Of a stretch of 64,000 nt of DNA, positions 12,214-26,061 are shown one piece after another. The DNA is taken from contig JBITNC010000002.1 in assembly GCA_050084985.1 (NCBI GenBank), positions 15,004,001 to 15,068,000 of the forward strand. Direction: 5' to 3'. Below the pieces are notes generated by a model. It saw only the letters and a program-made list of their open reading frames with translations, searched no databases and was not told where the DNA came from. Numbering within the stretch: the stretch's first letter is position 1; each line of letters starts with the position of its first letter. Made by a program: the position numbers and the translations under genes. This DNA is from Nageia nagi (taxonomy: Eukaryota; Plantae; Pinophyta).

Positions 12214-13119
12214 GATGATTTCTTCACAAAGTGCTTAATGATCAGATCCTAATACAATGAAAATATACACAGGTAAAAAACGTGAAAAATAAAATCTCTT
12301 GTACACATATTGATAAATTGAAATCAAATTTGAACACATTACTAAGCTAAGCAGTAAAAACAAATCTCTTCTAACATTATATCTATCAACAGAGACAAGA
12401 TGAGCGTGGTTAAGAGTGGTGGGGTTCAAACAGTGCTCGCACTTCCATCTATAGTTGCACACACGATGGACACTCATTCGGTGGTTCTCTCAACTCTCTG
12501 TAGATGCATACACGATGCGTCCCCAGCCTCTCATTAGCAACACCCAACTTTAGGTTACAACATTCAACTACATACATGATTGGATCTTCGGCCTACCATT
12601 TGCAATGTACAGACTACTCCCTGGCTTCCCATTCGTAGCACCTGACTAGTTCCTCAGCATCCTGTTCCTTGCTTTTCTATGAATGATCCATCCTATTTGA
12701 AATAACTCAAGAAGCGGGAATGCATATCTATCGTTCACTCAAATCCCTCTATCTATGGTTCATAATAATCCATTCTTGATCCGAATCACATATCATAAGA
12801 GTGAATATATATAAGGCATATATCGGATTACGCCTGTTCTAAATAAAGGTGTACCCTCTAAAAACTTATTAGTAGGTAGGCTTACACTCCCAAAAAAATA
12901 ATAAAATCGCGGTAGATATGCCAAATGCAAGACCTACCTTAGTAGTCAAATTTAAATTTTGAAATACTGAATTTTAGCCATTTGGCTACTGATTCTACCA
13001 TTTTCCCTAGCCACATATGTGATTCTTTGTAATAATTTATCAAATTATTTTTTAAGATTTTTTGTAGATTTATTATTATTAGTGCACTATCACCAACAAT
13101 ATTAAGTCATTATCAATCC

Positions 13120-13865
13120 TTGAGTTTAATGAAAAGATTATGAGTATTGAACCATTAAGATGAAGATTTTGTTGATAGGTAAAGGTAGTTGGGACGTTGT
13201 AGAAGATGGTTATGTAGAACCAGTAGATTGGAGCACTTTTGCAACAATACTAGATTGAAAAGCAAGGAAGATTAGAAGAAAAATTTCTTAACGCTTTACC
13301 ATATTCAATATGCACTAAAGAAAAGATTCTTATGAGGATAGCTCATTGTAAAAGATCCATATACATAGAAAGCCTTGTAAGATGGTTACCAAGAGAGTGA
13401 CCAAATCAAGCAAGTGAAGTTGCAAACTCTACAGAAAGAGTTTGAAAATTTGAGAATGTAAGAGGTTGAGAGTGCTTGAAATTATTATGTAAGGGTGAAG
13501 GCTATTATCAATAAAATGAAAAATATTAGAGAAAAAGTGGAGAAGGTGGTGATTTTTAAGAATATTTTAATCATACTCACCCCCAAATGGAATCATATAA
13601 TAATTATTACTGTGGAGAGTAAGGATCTATCCATTCTTGAATTTGATCTTTTATGTCTCATGAGGAGATACTAAGAGAATCAATTAATGGTTTTGAGGAT
13701 AAGGTATTCTTGTTTAAGTATAATGAAGCTAGTTCTAGTAGGAAAGATGAAGGTAATGGCCAAGGCAAAGGTCATAATTCTTTTAAAGGAAGAGATAGAA
13801 GATGAGATGATGTATTTGGTAGAGGAGGTGATAAGAGGAATGTGCAATATTACCAATACAATAAG
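13120..13865 (+). mobile_element. Old Ty1/Copia gag remnant, interrupted by the element at 13866-22027
   Basis: Reads DYEY*TIKMKILLIGKGSWDVVEDGYVEP and KQVKLQTLQKEFENLRM (UBN2-type gag). Its zinc knuckle VQYYQYNK|YGH resumes at 22033. Confidence 0.8.
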
Positions 13866-14335
13866 TGAGATTCCCAAGATCACATGAAAGCTCACAAATC
13901 ACATCTAAATAAACTTACAAAGTAATCTTACAACACAACAGAAGATGTAAGTGGTTCCTCCAACTAGGACTACATCCACTAACTAGATCTTTACTTCAAT
14001 CACAAATACAACTCTCTTACAATCCTCCTAATCTCAACTCCTAAGCACTATCTTATAGCATAACTTTACTCCATAATTTACGTGTGATCACAAAGAGGGA
14101 GCCTTCTATTTATAGGCCAAAAGTCCTCTTTGGATGTCTTTTTTATCTAATTTACAAAAGTATGACATGCACATCCTTTTACCCTAAGGGCATGCTCATG
14201 ACATGGACTGTAGGACAAGTCACATTATCATATTCACTTAAATACTTAAGGTATCTAATGATACCTTTAAGTATTAGTGAATTTACAAAGAGGATTAATG
14301 CAAACCTTTATAATAATGCATTATATATTCCAACA
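13866..14335 (-). repeat. 3' LTR (470 bp) of the Copia at 13866-22027
   Basis: Direct repeat of 21528-22027, with a 30-bp deletion after the terminal TGAGA. Confidence 0.92.
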
Positions 14336-17300
14336 CTCCTCCTTAATGCAATATTAGGATAGAGCAAATAAGAGAGGAAGTAAGAGAGTTCTCTTCCAAA
14401 TAGATACAACAGAGATAAGAAGTTTTTACATATTTGTGAAGTAAGAAAGATATAGTTTGAGACTCATTACTTTACCAAATACAATCATTAACCACAACCG
14501 GTTTCAATGTACATGAAGTAGTCATTCAATTGGAAGTCATAAAGAGTCTCCAAAAGCTTGCATACCTGAGGTAAGTAACCTGCAATCTCAAAGGAACCTG
14601 CAAGTCATAAGTAGATTAAATAACAAGATCAATTAGATGTAACATATTCATCTCAACAAGGATAGATGAATCACACAAATACCATCATGAACTGATCAAT
14701 GGTCCACTATAAGTCATCATAAAGATGCCATGCCAAAAAACTCATAGTCACTTGTTGTATATAAAACATGTGTTGATTATCATTACAAAATAGAGCATGC
14801 ACATATAAGTTCATCATATATGGATAACTGAACAGTATCAAAAGACACAAGAGTTTCTCACACATAAATAACTAAATAGTGCAATATTGGCTAATCTTTT
14901 GCTTTAAAAACTTGTACAATAAGTTCCTCATGCAGAGCTAACTTACCATGAAGGTGTTCAATAAAATCAACACTATACAGCATAAAATCCTCCTAAGGGT
15001 GAAGTTGTGATCATAAACATGAATTTAACATAAGAATTCAAACTTCATTCCCCTTGAGAGAAACTTCACCAATCTGATAGCATCCCTAAGCTTATAGAAT
15101 TGAGCTTTTGAGAGGGGCTTAGTGAACAAATCAACGAAGTTCAAGGTGGATGGATAATACTCCAAGTGTATGATGCCATCAAGAACCTTCTCCCAGATGA
15201 AATGAGCATGGATTTCCATATATTTTATTCTCTAATGGAATATAAGATTCTTAGCTAAAGAAATACCTGATTGATTTTCTAAAAAAATCAAAGATGAGCC
15301 ACCTTGTTCATACCCAATTTTTTTCAAAAGATGCCCTAGCCAAATGGCTTCTTGGGTTACAATAGACATAGCATGATATTTAGCTTCTATGGTGGAAAGA
15401 GAAATAATAGGCTACTTTTTGAAGCCTAAGAGATAACACCTAAACCAATGCTATATGTATACGTAGAGGTTAATTTTTTATCATCTCTATCTCATCCATA
15501 GTTAGAATTTAAGAATCCAGAGAGAAAAAATGAGAACAGCTTAGAATACTTGAGGGCAAGATCCTTAGTCCCTACAACATACCTTAAGATTTGCTTAACA
15601 ACATTGAGGTGTTCAACATATAGTTTTTACATGAATCGTGCCATCAAATTCACTGCAAAGGTAATATCTAGCCTAGATATAGTCAAATACAAAAGACTAT
15701 GAATTAATTACTTGTAAGCTATAGCATCAACCAATTTAGAGTTGAAGCTCAGAGAAATAGAGATTCTAAGAAATATTAGGATTGTAGCATATTTACACTC
15801 CTCCATTCCAAACTTCTACAAGATGTTTGATATATATTTAAATTGACTAAGATAAGTATAATCTTTATATTGGAATACTTGTATTTCAAGGTAGTAGTGC
15901 AAGAGATTGAGATTAGTCATTTCAAATGTTACTTTAAGTTTGGATATGCACTCTTGAATGATTTCATCATTATTTTCAATAATCAAAAGATCATCCACAT
16001 AAAGGAGAATCAAGACCACATCTTTTCCTTGATTGAGCACATATAAATCAGAGTCAAAAAAACACTTAAAGAATTTAATATTTGCAAAGTACTCAAAAAT
16101 CTTCTTGTACCAAGCTTTAGGTGCTTGCTTAAGTCCATACAATGATTTTTTTAGTTTGTATAAAAAAGACTCTTTACCTTTCACAAAAAACCCTTATGAT
16201 TGATTCATGAAGATTTTAACATCTAAGTCACCATTGAGAAATGCACTCTTGATGTCAAGTTGAAAAACTTTCCATCTTTGAGCTACAGAAAGAGTAATGA
16301 TAATCTTGACAGTAAGCATCTTTACTATGGAAGCAAAGATTTCCTCATAGTCTACACCATATGTTTTACAAAATATTTAGCTACTAACCTTACCTTATAT
16401 TTTTCAATATCTCCAACTGAATTGAAATTGACCTTATAGATCTACTTATTACCAATCACATTCTTCTCATTGGGGTAAGGAATCAACTCCCAAGTTTTAT
16501 TTTTTATAAGCACCTCATCCTCCACTTTTATAGCTTTCAACTAGCACTTGTGCTTAGAGGCTTCTTTCAAGGTTAAAGGCTCATGCTTGTTATCAATATT
16601 GGTAAATAAAGATTTGTTTAAGGTCATGCTCCTTATTACCCTTTGTGTTGGAGAATTTTGTTCCTATGGTGACTTATCTAGATTAATATCTAACTAGCTA
16701 GGTGCAATTGAAGATTCCTCTATATCATCAACATCCTCATTATAAGTAGATTCTTTAGGAAGTTTATTGAACTTAACATCTCTTAAAACAAATATGGCTT
16801 TGTAGGATGGAGAGTAAATCTTGTAGCCTCTATGCTAACTATCATAACCCATAAAGATGTATTTTTTAGCTCTTTTATCTAACTTTTTTCTTTTCTTAGA
16901 AATATTATAGGAGAATGCTTCATAACCAAACACCTTAAGGTGAGAAATGTTAAGTTTTCTTCCTAACCATGCTTCAAAAGGTGTTTTACCTTGAACAATG
17001 TTTGTAGGATAACTATTCAAGGTGTAAATAGCATTACTCATAGCTTTATCCCATAAAAAATTAGGAAGATTACCCAACATGCATATAGCCATTTCTATAA
17101 TTGTTCTTTTTTTTTTAGTAACATCATTCTATTGAGGAGTGTAAAGAATCATAATTGCCTTTTGATTCCATACTTAGCACCATATTCATTAAACTCATTG
17201 CTATTATATTCTCCCTCATTATCTGATCTCAACATCTTGATTTTAAGATTAATTTGATTCTTAATAAAGGCTTTAAAAAATTTAAAACTCTCAAAGGTTT

Positions 17301-19904
17301 GATCTTTGTGCTCAAGTAGATACCCAAAGGTCATCCTACTAAAGTCATTAATGAAGGTCAAGATGTAGTATGCTCCTCCAAGTAACTTAGTCTAAAATAA
17401 ACCCATCAAATCTGAATGCATAAGTTGAAGAGGTTGAGATGCTCTTGTTGGTTTATCTTTTTCAATTTTTTTTTATGCATCTTGCCAAGAATGCACTTCT
17501 CACATAGACTAATCAAAGAATAAATTGAAAACAAACCTTTCATAAGTTTTTGATATTTCATGACTTGAATACTCTTTTGGTAAAGGTACCCTAAATATTG
17601 ATGCTAAAGATTACCTTTAGAACACACACTTGTAGCAAGACACATCTTTGATGGAACTTGATCCATAATGTAAAGATTATTTTTCATTGATCTTTTAACC
17701 AATGTGAAAAGTTCTTTCTTAATGCATCAAAATTGAGAGTCAAACTCAAAAGAGTACCTCTTTTTAACAACTTGGATCACGATGAGAAGGTTCATTCTAA
17801 GCTTAGGAACATAGAGAACATTATCAAGAACCTTCTCATGAATCAACACACTTTCAATTCCTTAGACGTCAAGGGTAGAGTTATCATCTATCATAATTGC
17901 ATCTTTTTTGTACTTGTGAAAGTTTTCAAATTTTTTTCTTTCAAAGCAAAGGTGATTAGTGCAACCAGAATCAGCAATCTAATTAGATGAAAAAGTGTGA
18001 GATATGGAGTACAACATTATAACAAAGTTAGATTGAATTTTTTTTTTCTTTTAAATTTTTCTACATTTCCATTACCTTTATTCTTTTTCTCTCTTTTTTT
18101 TGTAGCAATCAACTTCTTTGTGACCTTGGATGCTACAATAGTTACAATTACCATCAAACTTTTTCTTAGGATATGGATTGTATGCTTTGCCTTTTCCATA
18201 TTTTTACTTCAAGTGGTTGTTATTGTCATTGTTTTTACTATTGTTATTATTCCTATTGTTACCATTGTTGCCAATGCCTCTTTTTTCAAACCTTTAGGAG
18301 GAAGAAGGATAAGATTTCTTTTGATGGTTGAATTTCTTCTTGAAAAGAGTTTTATTTGGTCCAAGAGCAACATTATTATCCTTAGAAGAAGAAATCAACA
18401 CCTTATTGTTAAAGTTTTTCATATGGTTCAAAAGGTTCCTAGAAAGGTTCTCAAAGGAGAAGACTTATTCTTCATCATCAAGCCTTATTTCTATAACTAT
18501 TACAAAGTTTTCAAACTTTGAAGAAAGGCTTTGAAGAATGATGAAGACCATGAGCTCATCATTGATCTAATTGTATCCATAAATAATAAATTAAATCTTT
18601 AGATCAATTATTTTGTTCAAGTAGATAGCTATATTTTTATCTTCCCCTTGATAAGATTGAAGCAACTTTTGGAAAAAAGTAAACCTTCTTGAAAACTTTC
18701 AACCAAAGTATATTTGCTTAAGCTTATCCCAAGCTTCCTTTATCAAGGTTGAAGAGAAAATCATTAGGAGCATATCATTTGAAACTGCATGATAAATCAT
18801 AGAGGTTGCCAACTCATTATTTGTGTTGTAAGCCTCTAGTGCCTTCTCATCTGTAGGAGGTACAAGGTTCTCATTCATTATTTGCTAAAGCTTCTTTTAT
18901 TGTAATTCAACTCTCATATATGGTTCTCAAATCCCAAAGTTGGAACCATCAGGAATGTGTTTGGGTGAAAAAGATTCTTCCATTTGCTACATAAGAATAT
19001 GAAAAAATAATAAGCATATAGTTTAATAAATAATATTAAATGTTAAGTTTCAACCAAGTAGATAATATATATTACATTTAACACTAGAGATATTCTTGAT
19101 TTGATTCACAAGTGCAAATGTTTTACAACTCAAATAATCCATATACCCAAATACATTTCTCATCTCAAGAACTGTAGATGTTGAGTGACATTATTAAGGC
19201 TTGTTTTCTTGTCTAAAATTAGGCTTTCACCTAGATGCCCACACAAGAGGAGCCCAAGTACTACCAATCCTCAACCAATTTACCTTGGTCAGTTTTATAC
19301 TCTTACAAAGAGAAGTACCTACTATTTTTCATTGTTATGATGTTTATTGGATCAAAAAAATTATTAATCTTGATTAGATTTCAAGTTATCCTTCTAGGTT
19401 ATCAAAATAATCCTTGAATAGATGTACAGACATGTGGTATCACTACACACATGCCTATCCACCTATTGGAGTTATGTTCAGACCAAGAAAGGACTTAAGA
19501 GAAATTCAGAAGTACAAACTTTTCACCATTTGGATCGTCAAATATAAAAACTCCAATCCACCTATCCTCACCTCATGGCTCCTCAAATAAATCATATTAC
19601 GGAATGTACATGTGGATGTGTTTATTTTAGAGGGTTGCTCATTTCAATGTTTAGATTTTTTTTTTGCATAAGTAAATAAAGCAAAAGTGCTAAACATGAA
19701 GTAAAATGCATAAATTAAACATCATCTATCCATAACATCGAACCTTAAGAGTCCAATGGGTTTTGTTTACTTACCCCTAGAGGACATCTTTACATAGGTT
19801 CATAAATTTGCACAAGTTAAGTTTGTAAAAAAAAAGATAAATGCTCATGCATTAATTCCATAATTTGCATAAGTTAACTTTGCATAAAGAATAAATACTC
19901 AACA

Positions 19905-20140
19905 TGAATTTTTAAGTCATAAGCATGCATCTTAAAAAATTTAAGTCCTAAGCATTAACTTAAAAAATTAAGTCCTTAAGCATGCATTATTAACTTAACA
20001 AATAAGTTCTAAAATTGCATTATTAGCTTAAAATTTAAGTACTAAGCATGCATTTATTAACTTAACAAATAAGTATTAAGCATGCATTTAACTTAAAATT
20101 TAAGTACTAAGCATAAGCATGCAACTTTTTAACTTAAAGT
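19905..20140. repeat. ~30-bp tandem array (about 7 copies) in the Copia 5' leader
   Basis: Units resemble AAGTACTAAGCATGCATT(T)AACTTAAAATTT. Confidence 0.8.
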
Positions 20141-21072
20141 AAAAATTTAGTATGTATACTAGAAGATAAAAGATTAAGTAAAAAATTTATACAAATTCCC
20201 CCCTTTTTACTTAAATATTTATCCCTAAAAGTAGCATACTAAATAATTTATCTTTTAAAAATATATGCATGCTAAAAATTCTAAGTATGTATTCATATTA
20301 ATATTTTAATTAAAAATTTCCCCTTTTTACTTAAAGAGTAGCATAGCTAAATTAAAGTAGCATTCCTCTCTTTTTAAAAAAAAATTAAACTAATCATTTG
20401 CTTAGGTAAATTAAAAAAAAAAACTTAAGCAAATAAAATCTCCATTTTAGGAGTAATTATGAAAATATACTTTAACATTAATGTAATTTGGATAGTCTAT
20501 CTACTTTAGATCTATCTTAAAGGCAATTCATGATGGGTAAAAAAAAGTGAAGTATACGTTTGCACAAGACATGAATGCTAGTAGAGGCATTAAAGACTAA
20601 AGGAGGCTTACAATAAAGTCCATAATTAATGTCTTAAGTAATCAATAAAGCAAAAAAGTAAAGGAGGAAGGAGGCACTAAAGGAAACAAAAAGAAAATTA
20701 ATCACGAGCAATGAGGAGGTGGTTAGTGAAGGGAGCAGAGGGTAGCTACAACAAAGGAGAGGAGTAGAGAGGAGGTGTGAGGAGTGTCACTGATGAAGGA
20801 GGGCTCCTGACCATGGTGAGGAGCCAACATCATGGTAAGGAGCCATGCAATCTCAAGGGCGACATGGAGATAGTAAAAAAAATCATGTTTTTGCTGGATC
20901 TCAACAAGTTAGCACCTTTGGAGGATGAGGATAATGATCATGTGGATTTCTAAAGAAAGAGGCTAGCTAAAGGAGGCCTACAAGCTGTAGCTGATAGAAG
21001 AGGTAGCTAAGTGTGTTGGAGGCCATTGCTAGCCAACTTCACCACCATCCCTAAAAAGCCTTCCAAATTAGA

Positions 21073-21255
21073 AAAAAATTGTAGCAAATTTAAATATTAT
21101 TTTTGTAATATTAAGGATAGTATTACAAAAAAAATCTACAATAACCCCATTTAAAAATAAAATTGTAGCAAATTTAAATATTATTTTTGTAATATTAAGA
21201 ATAATATTGCAAAAAGGTATACAATAACCCCATTTTTTTAAAAAAATGTAGCAAA
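21073..21255. repeat. ~88-bp tandem duplication plus a partial third copy near the PBS
   Basis: AAATTGTAGCAAATTTAAATATTATTTTTGTAATATTAAG...ACAATAACCCCATTT occurs twice. Confidence 0.85.
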
Positions 21256-21527
21256 AGAAAAAATTTCAACATAAGGGGTTAGAAAAAAAATTTGCAATTT
21301 GTTAGGTATATTTTACAAAAAAAAAAGAACTAACACATAAACAATAACATGTTAGTAGCAAAACAAAAAATAATATTCTAATAATAACCAAGAAGGAAGG
21401 ATATTATACCTTCTCTTAGTTTTACCTCAATAAGAGAGTGTAGGATGAGGAATGAAGAAGGATTACAAAGATGTAGCTTCCACACTAAGGATGTGAATAT
21501 GAGCCTCCAAGGTGCTCTGATACCAAA

Positions 21528-22027
21528 TGAGAGATTTGCAATATAAACTAAACAACTCTATATTCTCAAGATCACATGAAAGCTCACAAATCACATCTAA
21601 ATAAACTCAAAAAGCAATCTCACAACACAACACAATATGTAAGTGGTTCCTCCAACTAGGAGTACATCCACTAACTAGATCTCTACTTCAATCAAAAATA
21701 TAACTCTCTTACAATCCTCCTAATCTCAAATCCTAAGCATTATCCTATAGCATAACTTTACTCCATAATTGATGTGTGATTACAAAGAGGGAGCATTCTA
21801 TTTATAGGCCAAAATCCCTCTTTGGATCACCCTTTTATCCAATGTATAAAAGCATGACATGCACATCCTTTTACCCAAGGGGCATGCTCATGACATGGAG
21901 TGTAGGACAAGTTACATTATCATATTCACTTAAATACTTAAGGTATCTAATTATACCCTTAAGTATTAGTGAATTTACAAAGAGGATTAATACAAAGCTT
22001 TACAATAATGCATTATACATTCCAACA
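21528..22027 (-). repeat. 5' LTR (500 bp) of the Copia at 13866-22027
   Basis: Adjacent to the PBS; matches 13866-14335. Confidence 0.92.
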
Positions 22028-22099
22028 ATAAGTATGGGCATGATTTGTCTATCAAATTAGTTTTATATCTAATCAAGCATAGAGTTGATACCTCTAAAT

Positions 22100-24290
22100 A
22101 GATGTTAAATTTTCTTCATCCAAATACTCAAAGTGAGAATGGCAAGTGTGATTGAACATAAGAGCTTAAAAAGTATGCAAAGGGATGGGCATTTCCATTA
22201 AGGGAGAAGATATTTCAAATAAAAAGGTAGTATTCATTAGGAGCCAAAACATAATAGAATATACCTCTAAAATTCATTAGAGAAAGCACAATGGAGTAAC
22301 AAATAAGGACCATATTTAGATTCATTATTGCATATGACACATCAGAAGGGACTAAATGCCATCCATGCCTCATAAGTTGTTTTCCATGTAGCAACTTGTC
22401 ATGAGTTGCATTCCATAGAAAATACTTGGTCTTGGTCCATGGCTTAGTATGCTAGAGATATTATTCCAAATGATAGGGGAGGTGTTTCCCCATTCCTATT
22501 TATTGAATGCTTTGACAACCAATTTTTAAAAAAAATCTCCATTGATAATGAGAGACCATGTGATCCTATAATCGCCATCTTCATCCTTGAGAATGTATCC
22601 TTGAAATAGATTCATGAGGAACCTATGTTCATGTTCAAGGTCTAGAGGTAAATCATTTATAATTTTTCCAAACCTTACATCGATTCCCTATAGTGTCCAT
22701 CAATTAACAATATTTACTCATTGTGTCACCCCATTGATTTCTAAGGAAGCGCTCAAGATTTAGAAGAGGGAACATGGCTCTAAGAGGTAGAGGAGTTAAG
22801 CCAAGCATCTTACTAAAAATCAACTGTGAAACTTGATCTAATAGACCATTTGAGGAATGTTAGGATGTATGTTCTTGCTTTCTTAATCTCATTCCATATT
22901 GGGGATCCCCATGGTATATCAAAGGCAATGAAGATTCTCTTACAAGAGTCATTATCTAGATATTTAGATCAAAATATTTTACTTTAAAGTGTAGATGGAT
23001 TGGAATAAATCCTCCAAATCAATTTCATAATTGACCATTTGAGGAATGTTAGGATGTATGTTCTTACTTTCTTAATCCCATTCCATATTGAGGATCCCCA
23101 TGGTATATCAAAGGCAATGAAGATTCTCTTACAAGAGTAATTATCTAGATATTTAGATCGAAATATTTTACTCCAGAGTGCAGATGGATTGGAATAAATC
23201 CTCAAAATCAATTTCATAATCCAACTAGAAGCTTTGAGGTGCAAATTATTTCTTAAATAACTAAATGAAATTTCCTAGTCTTTGATTTTCCTTTCCATAG
23301 GAAGTTACAAATGACTGCATCTAGGTTGTTGAGGATATTTTAAGGAACCCACAAGGCACTAAACCAAAAAATATGTATGGCTACTAACATGGCTTGGATT
23401 TTGACTAGATGACTTATAGAGAATAGTCAATTGGATTTCCATAATGATAGTTTTTTAGCCATAATAAGGTCCCAAAAGATGTCTAGATTGCCACCATGAT
23501 AGAGTGTCATGCTTGATAGCCTAGCATAGAGTATGATATGTGCGATGAATATATTAATACTAAATATTTTATATTTTTTTATGTTTATAGCTTGGTCATT
23601 CACTAGCTCATAGGTGTTCAAAAGTATCTTTATCTCATTAAATACCCAAAGTGAAGGATGTACAACTAGTAAAGTTTCATAAAAAAATTAGAATTGAGAG
23701 AGATTTGGGTAATTGTTTCAAATTTGTAGGCTATTGATCAATCCTCTAGGTTTTATATGGTTTAGGCCTCAACCAAAAGCTTTTGGAAGAATAATAAAAA
23801 GAAAAGGTGACAAAGGGTCACCTTGCCTTAATCAACTTGATATTTTTAAGAAACCTATTGAGCAACCATTTATAAGGAAAAAAAAGGAGGGAGTTCAAAA
23901 TAATGAAGATATCCATAGTATCCAACTCTTAACAAAGTCAAACCTACATAGGAGACAAGTTTACAAGTAAGTACCAATTTACCCTATTGAAAGCCTTGGT
24001 CATATCTACTTTCAGAAATAGGCTTAGCCTATTTGGAAGCTTAGAAAGTGGATTAGTGCATGGAAAATAGCTACCCCATATTGAAATTTTTTACCTTTGA
24101 CAAAATATTTTAGCTCCTTAGAGATCAAGTTTGGAATGACCAATTTAAGTCTATTAGCTACAAAATTTGATATGATTTTACAAATGGAACTATATAGTGA
24201 GATAGGTGTGAAAGCTGCAATTTTTTGGTGGATTCTATTTTTGGAATTAAATCAAGAAAGGTATGAATTACTTGCACCACTACAAAGAGG
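22100..24290 (-). mobile_element. Degenerate LINE ORF2 (RT and downstream region)
   Basis: Minus strand shows LIPK..PISLYSSICKIISNFVANRLKLVIPNLIS, KVDMTKAFNRV and QGDPLSPFLFI. The post-RT region is homologous to 4722-5520. Confidence 0.85.
22844..23220. repeat. 189-bp tandem duplication inside LINE ORF2
   Basis: GACCATTTGAGGAATGTTAGGATGTATG starts at both 22844 and 23033. Confidence 0.92.
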
Positions 24291-24639
24291 CAAAATCATG
24301 TCAATACATGCATTAGAATGTAGTGTATTTTATTTTTAAATTTTAGTTTGTATCTTGATATATAAATGATGTTAAACAAAATAACAAGACTAGCATCAGA
24401 TTTAGAAACTTGTTATCATCCCTAGCATCAATGATATTGTTAGAGCTAGCATTAGAACAATCGTTATATACATAGGGTTTCATGATATATACATGAGGTT
24501 TACACTATATTCATAGTGTATGTAAACTTGAAATATACACAAGTTCTATAACTTGATATATGCATGGTGTTTGTTAATTTTATTATATTAACTCACAAGC
24601 ACTTTCAATGTATCCATTTTGTGCATATCTTATGATCAT

Positions 24640-25330
24640 TGCAGTCTATAAAACTATGTTTGCATCATTTGGTAGACCTGCATGGCTACATTCAAGTAGA
24701 ACACATACAAAGGTTATGTTTTTAGGGTTGGTTCCCAAGTTCTTCATAAGATCAAAGAGTTTGAGGGAATCCTTATTGTGACCATGAATTGCATATTCTC
24801 TAATCATTGCAGTAAATGAAATTATATTTGCATCATGCATCTTGTCAAATAATTCATGTACCTTCTCTATGTTTTCACATTTTGCATGCATATCTCAATG
24901 AAGTTAATGATCGTATAGGTTGTACTTTGAGTTTAATAATCAATTTTGTAGAACACTTTGAAAGTGTTAAATACCCTAATTTAACGGTTAAGTACTTATA
25001 TTTTAAAAATGTATGTCATGTGTTCGACTCCAAAAAATCTAGACGATGGATAACATTTTCCTGCATATCTACAAGGCATTCATAACCATAACATTTGATA
25101 GAAATCCTCTTTTAAAGAGTATTTGATGTATTATAAACCTCATTGTAAATATACCAATTTGATATGTTCTTAAAGGATGACAGAAAGGTTAATTGATTGG
25201 GTGTGTGCCTTCTCTACATTTTCATATTTTACATACATGTCTTCCAGGCCATTCTAATCACAACATTTGATAGAAATCCTCTTTTAAAGAGCCTTTGATG
25301 TATATATAAATCCTATTACAAAGGTTCCTC
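24640..25330 (-). pseudogene. PLS-class pentatricopeptide-repeat (PPR) gene fragments
   Basis: Reads MHAKCENIEKVHELFDKMHDANIISFTAMIREYAIHGHNKDSLKLFDLMKNLGTNPKNITFVCVLLECSHAGL. Further broken motifs (FKRGFLSNV..LEDMYVK) at 25060-25330. Confidence 0.85.
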
Positions 25331-25488
25331 AATTTTACCTTCAAAGAAAGCCATCTGATTAAGGGATTTGGACACTTTATATGTAAACTTGATGATCTAT
25401 GCAAATAATCTATCTTTCTTAATAATTCAATTAACTTTAGTTGTTATATGCATAGGCTATATTATGATATATGCATAATATCATTAGT

Positions 25489-25491
<3 letters not shown>

Positions 25492-25564
<73 letters not shown>
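25492..25564. repeat. (TA)n microsatellite, about 36 units
   Basis: Direct reading. Confidence 0.97.
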
Positions 25565-25567
<3 letters not shown>

Positions 25568-26061
25568 ATATGCATAATATATATTATGATGTATGTATAA
25601 ATCATATGTATATATGTATAAACCTTAGCATTAGACGTAGCATCAGACCTAACATCACAACATAAACTATGTTCATATGTCTGTAAAATATTATAATAGG
25701 TTATTTATTTGGGTTTCGTATGAAGGTTTATGTACTAAATTTATAAAATATCTTTTGATGGTATGATGATATAAAAAATATATTCTACATTATATCATTT
25801 TAAATATCACTATCACATTTTACTTAGTTATTTTACAACCAAATAGGCTTTTTTGGGTGGGGACGAGGATCCAAAGAGAAAGATAGGCATTCATGGGAGT
25901 GAAAAGCATGCATAAGTTAACATATTTTTATGATTCCCATATATAGTGCATCCTAACTAGGACATACTTGTATATCACTTAGTCATAACCAATTACATGA
26001 GAGAGATATTTACAAGATTCATGGAGGATATTAAAGAGATATCATTTAGATAGGGTGAGAT

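Larger units (their letters stand above)
13866..22027 (-). mobile_element. Full-length degenerate Ty1/Copia LTR retrotransposon
   Basis: LTRs at 13866-14335 and 21528-22027 (TG..CA). 5-bp TSD ATAAG at 13861-13865 and 22028-22032. Met-tRNA PBS (GCTCTGATACCA) at 21514-21525; PPT at 14336-14344. gag starts at 18983; integrase ~17450-16830; RT with [12 protein letters not shown] and LLYVDDLL; RNase H ~15400-15050. Confidence 0.95.

Noticed and set aside
17733-18534. Plus-strand hydrophobic ORFs (e.g. 17997-18521), and likewise 29417-29803
   Set aside because: Antisense shadows of Lys/Glu-rich gag sequence.
19905-20140. CRISPR-like appearance of short palindromic repeats
   Set aside because: No unique spacers, no cas genes, and a eukaryotic retrotransposon context.
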